Assembly: GCA_958296135.2 (NCBI GenBank)
Contig: CATQHZ020000001.1
Location: 4,384,001 to 4,448,000, forward strand
Direction: 5' to 3'
Origin: an uncultured Poribacteria bacterium
Lineage (GTDB): Bacteria; Poribacteria; WGA-4E; WGA-3G
DNA length: 64,000 nt
Of this stretch, positions 29,501-38,389 are shown one piece after another (position 1 is the first letter of the stretch; each line of letters opens with the position of its first letter). A program made the translations under genes and the position numbers. Under the pieces are notes generated by a model. The model was not told where the DNA came from. It worked only from the letters and a program-made list of their open reading frames with translations, and did not search any database.

Positions 29501-29593
29501 GTGGATTTGATTGGTTCGGTGATTACGGTGAGTTTGAAGACGATGGAGATTGTCGAGGGGTTGCCTGAAATACTCTATGGAACGGAGCGTTAG
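26501..29593 (+). CDS. Single-chain restriction-modification enzyme: N6-adenine methyltransferase with N-terminal nuclease-like domain and type ISP-like C-terminal specificity domain (no helicase)
   Basis: LDG...WEAK nuclease-like motif, GIVYTPQPIVDFMV, motif I DAFVGTGNF, motif IV GNPPY, C-terminal SLYRPF / DIFNYTYGVLH / SALEWV. Confidence 0.85.
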   Translation: MPTLTLKPTHKTVTAYYDALDRYRQHGVTHETAVRAAFQALLEACARQLDWTLICEQTLRLPGRNPLRLDGALLDEHSLPRGTWEAKGVKGNLRAEIDKKFDAGYPQDNILFQTPERAMLYQNGTEVLDADITERETLVTVLQTFFAYERANAAQWRAAVARFKELVPELGTEAANIIKTQHQTNAQFRADFADFHHLCKTAINPNLSEAAVEEMLIQHLLTERMFRTVFEDPDFAHRNVIARHIEKVLKGPLATVWNRGEFLRKLSPFYREIEREAATLVDFSQKQHFLNTVYEQFFQGFSVKQADTHGIVYTPQPIVDFMVKSVDYLLKTQFNRSLADSGVHLIDAFVGTGNFIVRLMREIPKTKLEAKYRHELWCNEMLLMPYYIATLNIEHEFYAATGTYLPFEGISLVDTFDLAEDRQLSLLTEENTARVAKQKASPMFVVIGNPPYNAGQVNENDNNKNRKYPTMDALIRDTYAKDSRLTLKNSLYDPYVKALRWASNRIGKQGIVALVTNNSFLDGASFDGMRKHLAQDFDALYLLDLGGNARKDTLVSNANVFGIRVGVSINFFVKSDAVGGTSRSRLPARIFYHRTDNKWDKNQKFEFLGHSEHVGNVDWQTLQPDARHTWLTEGLNPEFLTFTPIGSKAAKQMKGAAAGVIFHTFSNGVKTNRDAWACNFNRETLAANMQRMIGVYNAQVSQWRDREDTSEISVDDFVDGDDTKIKWSGDLKTALKKGIFAQFSDEKLRTSLYRPFTRPFLFFDRLMNNSTYLWPYIFPTPDTETENRVICVSAIGANKPFHTLMASVIPNLHLTGDSQCFPFYIYDEDGTNRRENITDWALENFRAHYGDDTLTKWDIFNYTYGVLHHPGYRERYAADLKRDLPHIPYAEDFWAFAEAGAQLAELHVNYETQPQYPLTFVEDATKQLDFRVERMKLSKDRTRLIYNKFLTLEGIPQEVFSYRLGPYSALEWVVKQYRVKPEPRSGIVNDANDAENPRYIVDLIGSVITVSLKTMEIVEGLPEILYGTER

Positions 29594-29775
29594 GGCCTGA
29601 GCGGCCGCCACCACGTTCGCGGGAGACAGGCCCCCGTGCTACGGTAACTAGCCTATCGCGGGAGACAGCGTCTGTAGAGCAGAATCGCCTAATCCTGACC
29701 TGTTTGCGATGCGGCGAATTCATCGCAAACGACAGAAAAGGAGAACTGAATCGTTCTGGATTCAGACATTTTTTG

Positions 29776-29804
29776 TTGACAATTCTCCAGTGTTGTGATA
29801 CTAT
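29776..29804 (+). promoter_or_regulatory. sigma70-type promoter
   Basis: TTGACA-17 nt-TACTAT upstream of the 29980 gene. Confidence 0.5.
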
Positions 29805-29979
29805 ATATCCTATCATTTGGAAGCCTGCCACCGGAAAAGGGCGTTAACAAGAGGACAGGCACCCGCCCTACGGATTTAATAGTGCGGTAGGAAAAAAATC
29901 ACTTACCATTCACGTTCGCGAGGGACAGGTTTTCCCTTGCGCTACAGTGAAAGGCGTATTGACTTCTTAAAGGAACATC

Positions 29980-32067
29980 ATGCAGAAATCTTATTCCCTC
30001 CTTCTCTGGATAGGGTTCATCTTTCTCATCGGCGTGAATTTCGCCCACAGCCAGCAGTATGTCATCGTTGATAGCCAAAACGGCGACAGACTCACCGGGG
30101 TCTGGCGCGGTGCCAACGATACCGAATTTGAGATTGAATATAACGGACAGGTTTTGCGCCTCCCACTCATGGGACACACCATCCGTTGGACAGCAAACTT
30201 AGAGCATGTGCCGGATAGGACCGCGGTTAAGCACTATCGTAATGGGCTCGATCTACTGGAATTAAACTCACCCGAGCTCGCGAAACGGCGATTTGAAGCC
30301 GCGCTGGAAGAATTCCCAAAATACGCAGACGCGCACTACCAACTCGGATTACTCTATCAAGCAGCGGGAGAAACCGACGCGGCGTTGGAACGCTTCCGTT
30401 CGGTGGCGATGATAGATGCCGCCAGTTTTGAACTCGTGCCGCTGTTTCGGAAGATCGGCGACACCGCGCTCGCTACCGAAAATTACGTCGCGGCAGTCGA
30501 TGCTTATCAGTTAATTCTGAACTATCACGCCGAACACGAGTCGGTGAGAACACTGAGTTACCTCACCGGGTTCTTGCTCGTGGAACAATTACAGGACACG
30601 GAGAAGGGACTGGCACTGCTTGAATGGGCGATCAAGCAGTTCCCCGATGCGCCGTTGCATGAAAAAGCAGTCTTCCAGATAGGCAAACTGCAGGCGGCGA
30701 CGGCGCAGTTGGAAAACGCGCGCCACACCTTGTCAGGATTCGTGCAACGTTATCCAGAAAGTGAATGGGTTTATGAGGCGCGCCTCGCCCTAGCGATTGT
30801 GAATCTACGGCTCGGTAGAAAACAAGAAGCAGCCACAGAAGCGAATCTCGTCCGAACGCTGAGCACCGATACGGCGTTAACGGAACGCGCCGAAGAAATT
30901 CTGGCGGAGAGCGCGTGGAGCGTTTACTCGCAATTAGAAGGGCTTCCCGATAACGCAATTCAAGCCATCGCTATTGACAGCACGCGGCTGTGGATTGGCA
31001 CGCCAAAGGGAGTCATGCTCGTCGAAACCTATCTCGATGGCTGGATGCCTATTCCGGCGGTTGCGAACCCGATTAATACGCATTTCGCGACGGTGCCGGA
31101 TGTCCGAGCGATTGCGGTAAATGCGCACGAAGTTTGGATCGGCACCCGACATCAGGGCGCGCTCCATTACAATCAAGAAACAAATGCAATCACCATCTAC
31201 GCACCACCGGATGCCCTGCCGAGTGCCTGGGTCCGCGATATTCAGATGGATGAGAAGGAGCTCTGGTTCGCGACAGATGCCGGCGTAGTGCGCCAGCCCC
31301 GCGAAACCGGCGAACGCTTGGTTTACAATACACAGAACAGTTTCATCCCATCAGACGATATTCATACGCTGGCGATAACCGACACAACGCTCTGGGCCGC
31401 CGCGCGAGACGGGAACGTTGCGACGTTCGACCGGCAGTTGCAGGAGTGGCAATCTTATCACTCCACCGAAACCGAAGAAGGCACCGCCATCGCCAGATTT
31501 GACGTTGCCGCGGAGCAACTCCTCTTCACGTGGTTCAACGCAACAGACAAGGCAAACGGCTATTTTCAGGCGGAATGGAATGGCGACAGCGGGCAATCCA
31601 CGACACTCCTCACCGGCATTGAAGAACCCGCCGATTTAGACGCGATTTACATCGCTGGCGTTGTGGATACATCGCCGCTAGACGAAGCAGACGCGCTCCC
31701 ACCCAACGGCATAGAAACAGTGCCAGATGAGCCGCTACCGGAAACGGAATCCGTTGAGGAAAGTTTCCCTGAAAGCGGCGAAGATGGCATATCTTCTGAC
31801 GCACTGTCTAGAGTAGGAGAGCCCGCCGGTCTCGAAAAACTGCATACCCCGTTGGTGCTCTGGATAGCCACGAACGACGATGTCTTTGTCTACTATACCC
31901 GTTTAGCCACCGATAGCGGGTGGAAGACAATCCGCACGCCGCGGACGCTCATCGGGGAATCAACGGCGCAGTGCATCGCCGTAGCAAATGATAGAGCTTG
32001 GATCGGCACCTCCAACGGGCTCGCGACAATCAGCGCGCAGACATTGAACAAGCAAGAGGCTCAATAG
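29980..32067 (+). CDS. Exported TPR protein with C-terminal beta-propeller
   Basis: Signal peptide, TPRs (AHYQLGLLY), propeller blades LWIGT/VWIGT/LWFAT/AWIGTSNGL, acidic linker. Confidence 0.75.
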   Translation: MQKSYSLLLWIGFIFLIGVNFAHSQQYVIVDSQNGDRLTGVWRGANDTEFEIEYNGQVLRLPLMGHTIRWTANLEHVPDRTAVKHYRNGLDLLELNSPELAKRRFEAALEEFPKYADAHYQLGLLYQAAGETDAALERFRSVAMIDAASFELVPLFRKIGDTALATENYVAAVDAYQLILNYHAEHESVRTLSYLTGFLLVEQLQDTEKGLALLEWAIKQFPDAPLHEKAVFQIGKLQAATAQLENARHTLSGFVQRYPESEWVYEARLALAIVNLRLGRKQEAATEANLVRTLSTDTALTERAEEILAESAWSVYSQLEGLPDNAIQAIAIDSTRLWIGTPKGVMLVETYLDGWMPIPAVANPINTHFATVPDVRAIAVNAHEVWIGTRHQGALHYNQETNAITIYAPPDALPSAWVRDIQMDEKELWFATDAGVVRQPRETGERLVYNTQNSFIPSDDIHTLAITDTTLWAAARDGNVATFDRQLQEWQSYHSTETEEGTAIARFDVAAEQLLFTWFNATDKANGYFQAEWNGDSGQSTTLLTGIEEPADLDAIYIAGVVDTSPLDEADALPPNGIETVPDEPLPETESVEESFPESGEDGISSDALSRVGEPAGLEKLHTPLVLWIATNDDVFVYYTRLATDSGWKTIRTPRTLIGESTAQCIAVANDRAWIGTSNGLATISAQTLNKQEAQ

Positions 32068-32220
32068 ATTTTTGGTTATTCCTAGCGAGCGTCAGACGCG
32101 AGTTCGATCGCGAGGGACAGGTTTTCCCTCGCGCTACGGGGACTCGGGAGGTTGCCTGGACGATTGGAATCCGCTCAAGCTACCAGACCCCCGTGCTACG
32201 GTGAAAAGATAAACGCTACT

Positions 32221-33057
32221 ATGTCCCAGCAACCGACACGCATCAAACAACTGACGCGCTGGCACCACGCGCGACCGCAGCACGTCGAAGACGAGCTCGT
32301 TGTTGAAGAACCACTGGAAATTCGGGTGAACCAAGAGAGTCTCATCGTCGTCATGCGCACTCCCGGGCACGATTTTGAATTGGCGGCGGGGTTTCTCTAT
32401 ACAGAAGGGCTCATCAAATCCAGCGACGACATCCACATCATCGCCTATTGCGAAGATAGCGAGGATAACATCGTCAACGTGCATCTCGGAACGGAACTGC
32501 AGGCGGGATGGCAGCGGAACTTCCATGCAAATGCAAGCTGCGGGCTCTGCGGCAAAATGACAATTGAATCCGTCAAACTTCAGGCACCGGCAATAACTGT
32601 CGGGACAGATTTCTATATCTGTCCGCACTCGCTCTACCAACTCAATGCACGGTTGCGAGAAGCGCAATCGGTTTTTGAGCGGACAGGCGGCCTCCACGCC
32701 GCCGGGCTGTTCAATGAAAACGGCGAGCTCTTAATTATCAGAGAAGATATCGGCAGGCATAACGCCGTGGACAAGGTCATCGGGCAAGCGTTGTTGGCAG
32801 ACATGCTACCTTTAGAGCGGCACATTTTGATGGTAAGCGGGCGCGCCAGTTTTGAGATTGTGCAGAAGGCACTCTTCGCGCGGCTCCCTATCATCGTCGC
32901 TGTCTCCGCCGCATCCACCCTCGCTGTGGCACTCGCGCAAGAGGGAAATCTGACGCTGATCGGTTTCATGCGCGGGGAGAATATGGCAGTCTACAGTTGT
33001 CCGGAGCGTATCCGCGCTGCAGGCAGCTGCGCGCGCGAGAAAATTCATCAATCCTGA
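32221..33057 (+). CDS. fdhD: Formate dehydrogenase accessory sulfurtransferase FdhD
   Basis: MRTPGHDFELAAGFL, SCGLCG, TGGLHAA, REDIGRHNAVDKVIG. Confidence 0.95.
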   Translation: MSQQPTRIKQLTRWHHARPQHVEDELVVEEPLEIRVNQESLIVVMRTPGHDFELAAGFLYTEGLIKSSDDIHIIAYCEDSEDNIVNVHLGTELQAGWQRNFHANASCGLCGKMTIESVKLQAPAITVGTDFYICPHSLYQLNARLREAQSVFERTGGLHAAGLFNENGELLIIREDIGRHNAVDKVIGQALLADMLPLERHILMVSGRASFEIVQKALFARLPIIVAVSAASTLAVALAQEGNLTLIGFMRGENMAVYSCPERIRAAGSCAREKIHQS

Positions 33058-33280
33058 CGCTCTTTTTCCTACGACGTGTCTCTAGACGAGACGCGCCGTG
33101 AACGGCAAGGTAAACACCGTAGGACGCGGAACAAACCCCATAGGCGCACGGCTCCAAGCGCGATTTCAAACCGCGCTTATCGGGTTCCCGATGCTAATGT
33201 GTTTCAGTCCTGACTATCCTTTCTCTGCGACGTGTCTCTATAGACATAAACAATCCTTATAACAAAGGAGTGAATCTCTC

Positions 33281-33571
33281 ATGAACTTCATTTTGAGTGG
33301 CATCCAATGGACAGGCAATTTCCTCTTTCTGGCAGTTGTCCTCGGTACCCTCATTGTTTCGTGGGTATACGCACATCGGCTGCGCGAACGCCACGGTGCG
33401 GATTTTCCGTGGAACAAAGCCGGCAGCATCATCGGCATTGAAGTCTTACTTTGGATTGCGTTTAACGTTTTCCTGGAATTCTTCAAAGCCTATTGGCTGC
33501 CAATTACCGTCATCGCGATTATTGTCATCGCTGTCGTTCTCTCGCGAAAGAAGAAGCGGCGTTACGTCTGA
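33281..33571 (+). CDS. Small three-TM membrane protein
   Basis: RBS AAGGAG, three hydrophobic helices, basic C-terminus. Confidence 0.65.
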   Translation: MNFILSGIQWTGNFLFLAVVLGTLIVSWVYAHRLRERHGADFPWNKAGSIIGIEVLLWIAFNVFLEFFKAYWLPITVIAIIVIAVVLSRKKKRRYV

Positions 33572-33764
33572 CGCAAGTCAACCGGGGGCACCACCGTAGC
33601 GCAGGTATGTTCTACAGGGCCCCCACACTTATCAAAGGATAGGACTTACGCAGCACAATCCCATAGGCGCGCGTTCCAAGCGCGCAACCTCACGCGGGCG
33701 TGGGCGAAAACCGCGCCTACCTACGAAGAATCATGGGATTCAAGTAAGTCCTGAGGAGATAAAA

Positions 33765-34817
33765 ATGCCACGCACAGGCAGAGCCGTAGTCGCATACGGC
33801 CAAGATTTTGAAATCCGCGAATACCCGGTGCCGGACCCCGCGCCAAACACCGTGCTACTCCGCCAAGAGTTAGCCGGTATCTGCGGCACCGACTTGCATA
33901 ACTGGCAGAACGGTTTCCAACGGGAGATCCTCCTAGGACATGAAAATGTCGGCATCGTTGAAGCAATCGGCGACGGCGTGGAAACCGACTATGTCGGCAC
34001 GCCGATTCAAGAGGGAGACCGGATTATCTTCGCGCCCGGCACCAACTACGGCGGTTACGGGTTCCAATGGAATCCGGACGAGGCACCCCATTTTCGGGGC
34101 GGCTTCGCCGATTACATGTATCTCACCTACCCAAACACCTGTTTTATGAAGACAGATGCGTCGCCGGAGGTTGCCGTGCTCACCGAACCTTTCACCGTCG
34201 GCGTGCATGCTGTCATGCGAGGAGAGATAAAACTCGGCGATACCGTCGTCGTGCAAGGCTCCGGTGCCATCGGGTTGGTAACGCTGGCCTGCGCGAAACT
34301 GAGCGGTGCAGCAAAGGCGATTATGGTAGGCGGTCCTGCCGGACGCTTGGAACTTGCCAAACGCCTCGGCGCGGATGTCACCATTGATATCGAAGAGGTT
34401 ACCACTGTCGAAGAACGCACCGAGTTGGTGAAGGCGGAAACACCGCGCAACGCGGGGGCAGATGTCGTCTTCGAGTGTGCTGGCTTCCTCCCCGCTACGC
34501 CCGAAGGACTCGGATATACGCGTGCCAGCGGCACCTTCGTCGAGGTTGGACACTTCGTCGATATGGGTTCGATCGACTTCAACATTAACCAGTTGCTCAT
34601 GCGCAAGAACCTGCGGGTGGAGGCTATCTGGGGAAGTCGTTATGAACATTTCGTGCGTGGGCTGCCGCTCCTTGAAAAGAGCGAGCTCCCCTTCGCCGAC
34701 ATGATCAGCCATCAACTCCCGCTTTCACAAGTGGAAGACGGCTTTAAGGCACTCAATGGCGACTATCGCATTAAGGGCGAAACCGCCATCAAAATTGCTG
34801 TCCGCGCCGAGGAATAA
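33765..34817 (+). CDS. Zinc-binding (MDR) alcohol dehydrogenase family protein
   Basis: GICGTDLH, LGHENVG, GSGAIG; lacks the four-Cys structural zinc loop. Confidence 0.9.
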   Translation: MPRTGRAVVAYGQDFEIREYPVPDPAPNTVLLRQELAGICGTDLHNWQNGFQREILLGHENVGIVEAIGDGVETDYVGTPIQEGDRIIFAPGTNYGGYGFQWNPDEAPHFRGGFADYMYLTYPNTCFMKTDASPEVAVLTEPFTVGVHAVMRGEIKLGDTVVVQGSGAIGLVTLACAKLSGAAKAIMVGGPAGRLELAKRLGADVTIDIEEVTTVEERTELVKAETPRNAGADVVFECAGFLPATPEGLGYTRASGTFVEVGHFVDMGSIDFNINQLLMRKNLRVEAIWGSRYEHFVRGLPLLEKSELPFADMISHQLPLSQVEDGFKALNGDYRIKGETAIKIAVRAEE

Positions 34818-34974
34818 TACCAAACCTCTGTAGAGACACCAGATCTCCCGATCTTGACTCCCGTTCAAGGTCGGGAGATTCTGAACTCCACAAGTTAATT
34901 TGGTATAAACTACGAGCATAGATTGCTCGTGCAGAGAAACGGAGTGAATTGATAATCAATCCACTCCCAGAGAG

Positions 34975-35298
34975 TTATGACCTAGCGAGTTTATACAGCC
35001 CGTGGGCAACTCTGACAACTAAGCCGGCAGGCATTAGATGTTCACCTAAATCCACGCCGATAGCAGAAGAAAGATTGTCGACACAATTACCTTCTGCTTC
35101 CCATGCCGGTTTAATCGCGCTGTCTATATCTCTTTTTCGGGTTATGCCGCGTTCCAGGATCCTTAAGACCCGGTCTTTGCGGACGATCCGGTTGCCAGCA
35201 GCGTATTCGTCGCTCTGCCAAGTAATATAAGACTGTCGTTCGCTATCAGACATCACCCGATAACGGATGCCATCTTGATACGCATATTCGTGATTCAT
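34975..35298 (-). CDS. Hypothetical protein, possible winged helix
   Basis: RBS AAGGAG, own minus-strand promoter TTGACT-17-TATACT (35397-35369), C-terminal GLVVRVAHGLYKL. Confidence 0.55.
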   Translation of the reverse strand: MNHEYAYQDGIRYRVMSDSERQSYITWQSDEYAAGNRIVRKDRVLRILERGITRKRDIDSAIKPAWEAEGNCVDNLSSAIGVDLGEHLMPAGLVVRVAHGLYKLARS

Positions 35299-35415
35299 TA
35301 GTAAATCTCCTTATTGGGCATCCATGCCCCGAGGAGTTGAATTGGGAGGTGGAACACCCACCTCCGTTAGTATATCAATTAATAAATTTCAAGTCAAGAA
35401 AAGAGAGGAATAATT

Positions 35416-36435
35416 ATGTCAAAAACCTATCGCATCGGCTTCGCTTCACTCGTGCACGACCACGTCTGGGGCGAACTCCATCACTGGAAGGCGCATCCCA
35501 ACGTCGAAATTGTCGCCGCCGGCGACATCAATGTTGAACTCCGAGACCAGTTTCGCACCGAGGCCGGCGTTGATAACGTCTACACCTCTTGGCAAGAAAT
35601 GCTGGAGAAAGAGGAGTTAGACATCGTCCAAGCGGCAGCAGAGAATAACGCCGGTGCAGACATCGTTGAAGCCGCGGCGGCGAAAGGCATCCACGTCGTC
35701 TCAGAGAAACCGATGGCCGCCCGCTTATCGCAGGCAGAACGGATGCTCGCCGCAGCCGAAAGTGCAGGCACCTTACTCATGGTGAACTGGCCGACAGCAT
35801 GGAGCCCCGCACTGAACACCGCAACGAACCTCATCCAAGAGGGCGCAATCGGCGACGTTTTCTACTTCAAGTGGCGTTCCGCGCACAACGGCCCCAAGGA
35901 AATCGGATGCTCGCGCTACTTCTACGAATGGCTATACGATGAAGAGAAAAACGGTGCAGGCGCATTGATGGATTACTGCTGTTATTGCGCCGATATGTGC
36001 GCCTATCTCCTCGGCCTACCGCAGCAGGTAACCGCTTTCCGCGGCACGTTCGTCAAAGACTATCCGATTCCGGACGACAACGCCGTCATCCTCATGAAAT
36101 ACGGCAACGCCTTCGGGATTACCGAGGCATCATGGACACAGAAGGTAGGCTATGTCACGCCGAACCCGGTGGTTTACGGCACCGAGGGCGCGCTGATGGT
36201 AAGCGGCAACGAGGTGCACCTGCACCCCGCCGGCGGCGATGTCCAAGTGCTCACGCCGGCGGCGATGCCGGAAGGTTCACGCAACGCAGCGGAATACTTC
36301 ATTCGATGCCTTGAAACCGGCGCGCCGATCGAAGGACTGTGCAGTGCCAAAGTCAGCCGTGACGCGCAGGAAATCTTAGAGGCAGGGCTCGTTTCAGCAG
36401 ATAGCGGACAGGTAGTCAACTTGCCGATGACATAA
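35416..36435 (+). CDS. Gfo/Idh/MocA family oxidoreductase
   Basis: N-terminal Rossmann fold, HVVSEKPMA, GALMDY. Confidence 0.9.
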   Translation: MSKTYRIGFASLVHDHVWGELHHWKAHPNVEIVAAGDINVELRDQFRTEAGVDNVYTSWQEMLEKEELDIVQAAAENNAGADIVEAAAAKGIHVVSEKPMAARLSQAERMLAAAESAGTLLMVNWPTAWSPALNTATNLIQEGAIGDVFYFKWRSAHNGPKEIGCSRYFYEWLYDEEKNGAGALMDYCCYCADMCAYLLGLPQQVTAFRGTFVKDYPIPDDNAVILMKYGNAFGITEASWTQKVGYVTPNPVVYGTEGALMVSGNEVHLHPAGGDVQVLTPAAMPEGSRNAAEYFIRCLETGAPIEGLCSAKVSRDAQEILEAGLVSADSGQVVNLPMT

Positions 36436-36470
36436 CGGGTATTTCCCCACAAGGCGATTATGAAGTTGCA

Positions 36471-36493
36471 GTAGGAGAGCCCTCCCGCGTCTC
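36471..36493 (+). repeat. REP-like palindrome, family B (GTAGGAGAGCCYTCCCGKTCTCGA)
   Basis: Intergenic copies here and at 57641-57664, 57732-57755 (minus); coding copies at 1178, 2160, 28232, 31813. Confidence 0.75.
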
Positions 36494-36615
36494 AATGTCC
36501 GCTGAAATGAGTTTTCAATCTTCATCAGTCTTGTGAGACGAGCCCTTCTTCAGGGCCTAATGAACCTAAAGCCGCTTGATTTTTCATCATACATTTCAAA
36601 CACAAGGAGAACCTT

Positions 36616-37374
36616 ATGAGCGATAGAATTCCCATCGCCTTACAGTTGTATTCCATCCGAGAAGATTGCGCCCGCGACCTGTCTTACTGCCTGCAGGCAG
36701 TTGCCCAGATGGGCTATGAGGGCGTTGAATTCGCCGGCTACTACGACAGAACCGCGGCAGAACTGCGCGGCATGTGCGATGACTTAGGACTCAAAGTCGT
36801 CGGCACGCACACGCAACTCAGCACGCTCCTCGGCGACGAACTCCAAAAAACGGTGGAGTTCAACCAGACCCTCGGTAACCCGTATCTCATCGTGCCGGGG
36901 CTGCCTGAGCCGTATCGTAACTCGCGGCAGGCATGGCTTGACACGGCGAAACTCTTCAACGAAATCGCCGAAAAAATCGCCGACCAGGGTATGTTCACCG
37001 GCTACCACAACCACGCCGTTGAATTCGCACCGATGGATGGCGAATTGCCGTGGGATACCTTCTTCGGCAATACCCGCGACGATGTCGTCATGCAGCTTGA
37101 CACCGGCAACGCGCTCCACGGCGGAGCCGAGACCGAGCCGTTCCTCAAACGCTACCCCGGCCGCGCCAAACTGGTGCATCTCAAAGAGTATTCGTCCACG
37201 AACGACAAAGTGCTCATCGGTGAAGGCGATGTGCCGTGGGACGCAGTCTTCCACGCCTGCGAAACGATCGGCGGCACCGAATGGTATATCGTTGAGCAGG
37301 AAAGTTACGCCTACCCACCGATCGAATGCGTGGAACGATGCATCGAAAATCTACGAAAAATGGGGAAAATCTAG
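36616..37374 (+). CDS. Sugar phosphate isomerase/epimerase (xylose isomerase-like TIM barrel)
   Basis: LQLYSIR, GYEGVEFAG, GYHNH, QLDTG, VHLKE, IVEQE. Confidence 0.9.
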   Translation: MSDRIPIALQLYSIREDCARDLSYCLQAVAQMGYEGVEFAGYYDRTAAELRGMCDDLGLKVVGTHTQLSTLLGDELQKTVEFNQTLGNPYLIVPGLPEPYRNSRQAWLDTAKLFNEIAEKIADQGMFTGYHNHAVEFAPMDGELPWDTFFGNTRDDVVMQLDTGNALHGGAETEPFLKRYPGRAKLVHLKEYSSTNDKVLIGEGDVPWDAVFHACETIGGTEWYIVEQESYAYPPIECVERCIENLRKMGKI

Positions 37375-37376
37375 GG

Positions 37377-38096
37377 TTGCACGCAGCCGAATCCGCCCTC
37401 TTGCTCTGGTGGGAAGATTTCTACCACCCCGTTTTTGAGTATGTCCTACCCAAAATCGGAACGTTGGAGGGCAAAAAGGTGCTGGAACTCGGCACCGGGA
37501 CAGGCGGCACAGCAACATTGCTTGCCAAACGCGGCGCAACCGTTGTCGGCATCGATTTACTGCCTTTTCGCCTCGCCGAAGCGAAGGAACGGGCAGCGCA
37601 ACACAACGTCGCCGATGCAGTTGAGTTCGCGCTCATGGATGCAACACAGCTCGCCTTTCCAGACAACACCTTCGATGTTGTCATCTCCAAATCGGTGCTG
37701 GTGTTTACCGAACACGCGCAGACCGCGGCGGAATGCTACCGCGTCCTCAAACCGAACGGAAAGGCGATTTTCATTGAGAATATGCGCAACCACCCGGCAG
37801 TATGGCTCTATCGGAAGTTGTGCCTGAAATATGCCAGCAAGTTGCGCTACTTCTCACTGCGCGACATTGAGACAGTCGGTGCTGAATTCGAGGAGATGGA
37901 GCATCGTGAGTTTCATCTGCTTGCCTTGGGCGCGCTCTTATGGCAACGCGGCATCGCTATCCCCGCGTTTTACCGGTGGACACTCCGATGTCTTAAAGGC
38001 ATTGATGCGTTTCTCTTGCGGCTCTTCCCTTTCCTCAAGCGATTCTGTTGGATCACCGCGATGATTTGCGAGAAGAGAGCCGGTCGTCTTCCGTAG
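37377..38096 (+). CDS. Class I SAM-dependent methyltransferase (start uncertain)
   Basis: VLELGTGTG, VGIDL, MDA..LAFPDNTFD, RVLKPNG. Confidence 0.8.
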   Translation: MHAAESALLLWWEDFYHPVFEYVLPKIGTLEGKKVLELGTGTGGTATLLAKRGATVVGIDLLPFRLAEAKERAAQHNVADAVEFALMDATQLAFPDNTFDVVISKSVLVFTEHAQTAAECYRVLKPNGKAIFIENMRNHPAVWLYRKLCLKYASKLRYFSLRDIETVGAEFEEMEHREFHLLALGALLWQRGIAIPAFYRWTLRCLKGIDAFLLRLFPFLKRFCWITAMICEKRAGRLP

Positions 38097-38389
38097 CGCG
38101 AGGGACAGGCCCTCGCGCCCTAGCCCCAACACGAACATTTCTCAACATCCCATTTGGGATAAAAGAAAAACGGCTCAGCATCCATGCGATGCTGAGCCGT
38201 CTCATTTTGGCAGTCTCTGTAGAGATTGGAAGGACTTGAGCCAACTTGCGTCAAGGGTCTCTGATAGGCGGATATATCTTGCCACAGCAGCCCCCAAAAT
38301 GTAGTCATTGACAACGTCAATGACGGATGACAGAGAGAGCGGGCATTGCACCAGAAACACTCGCCGAACGCCTTGCGCCACTACAAAAA

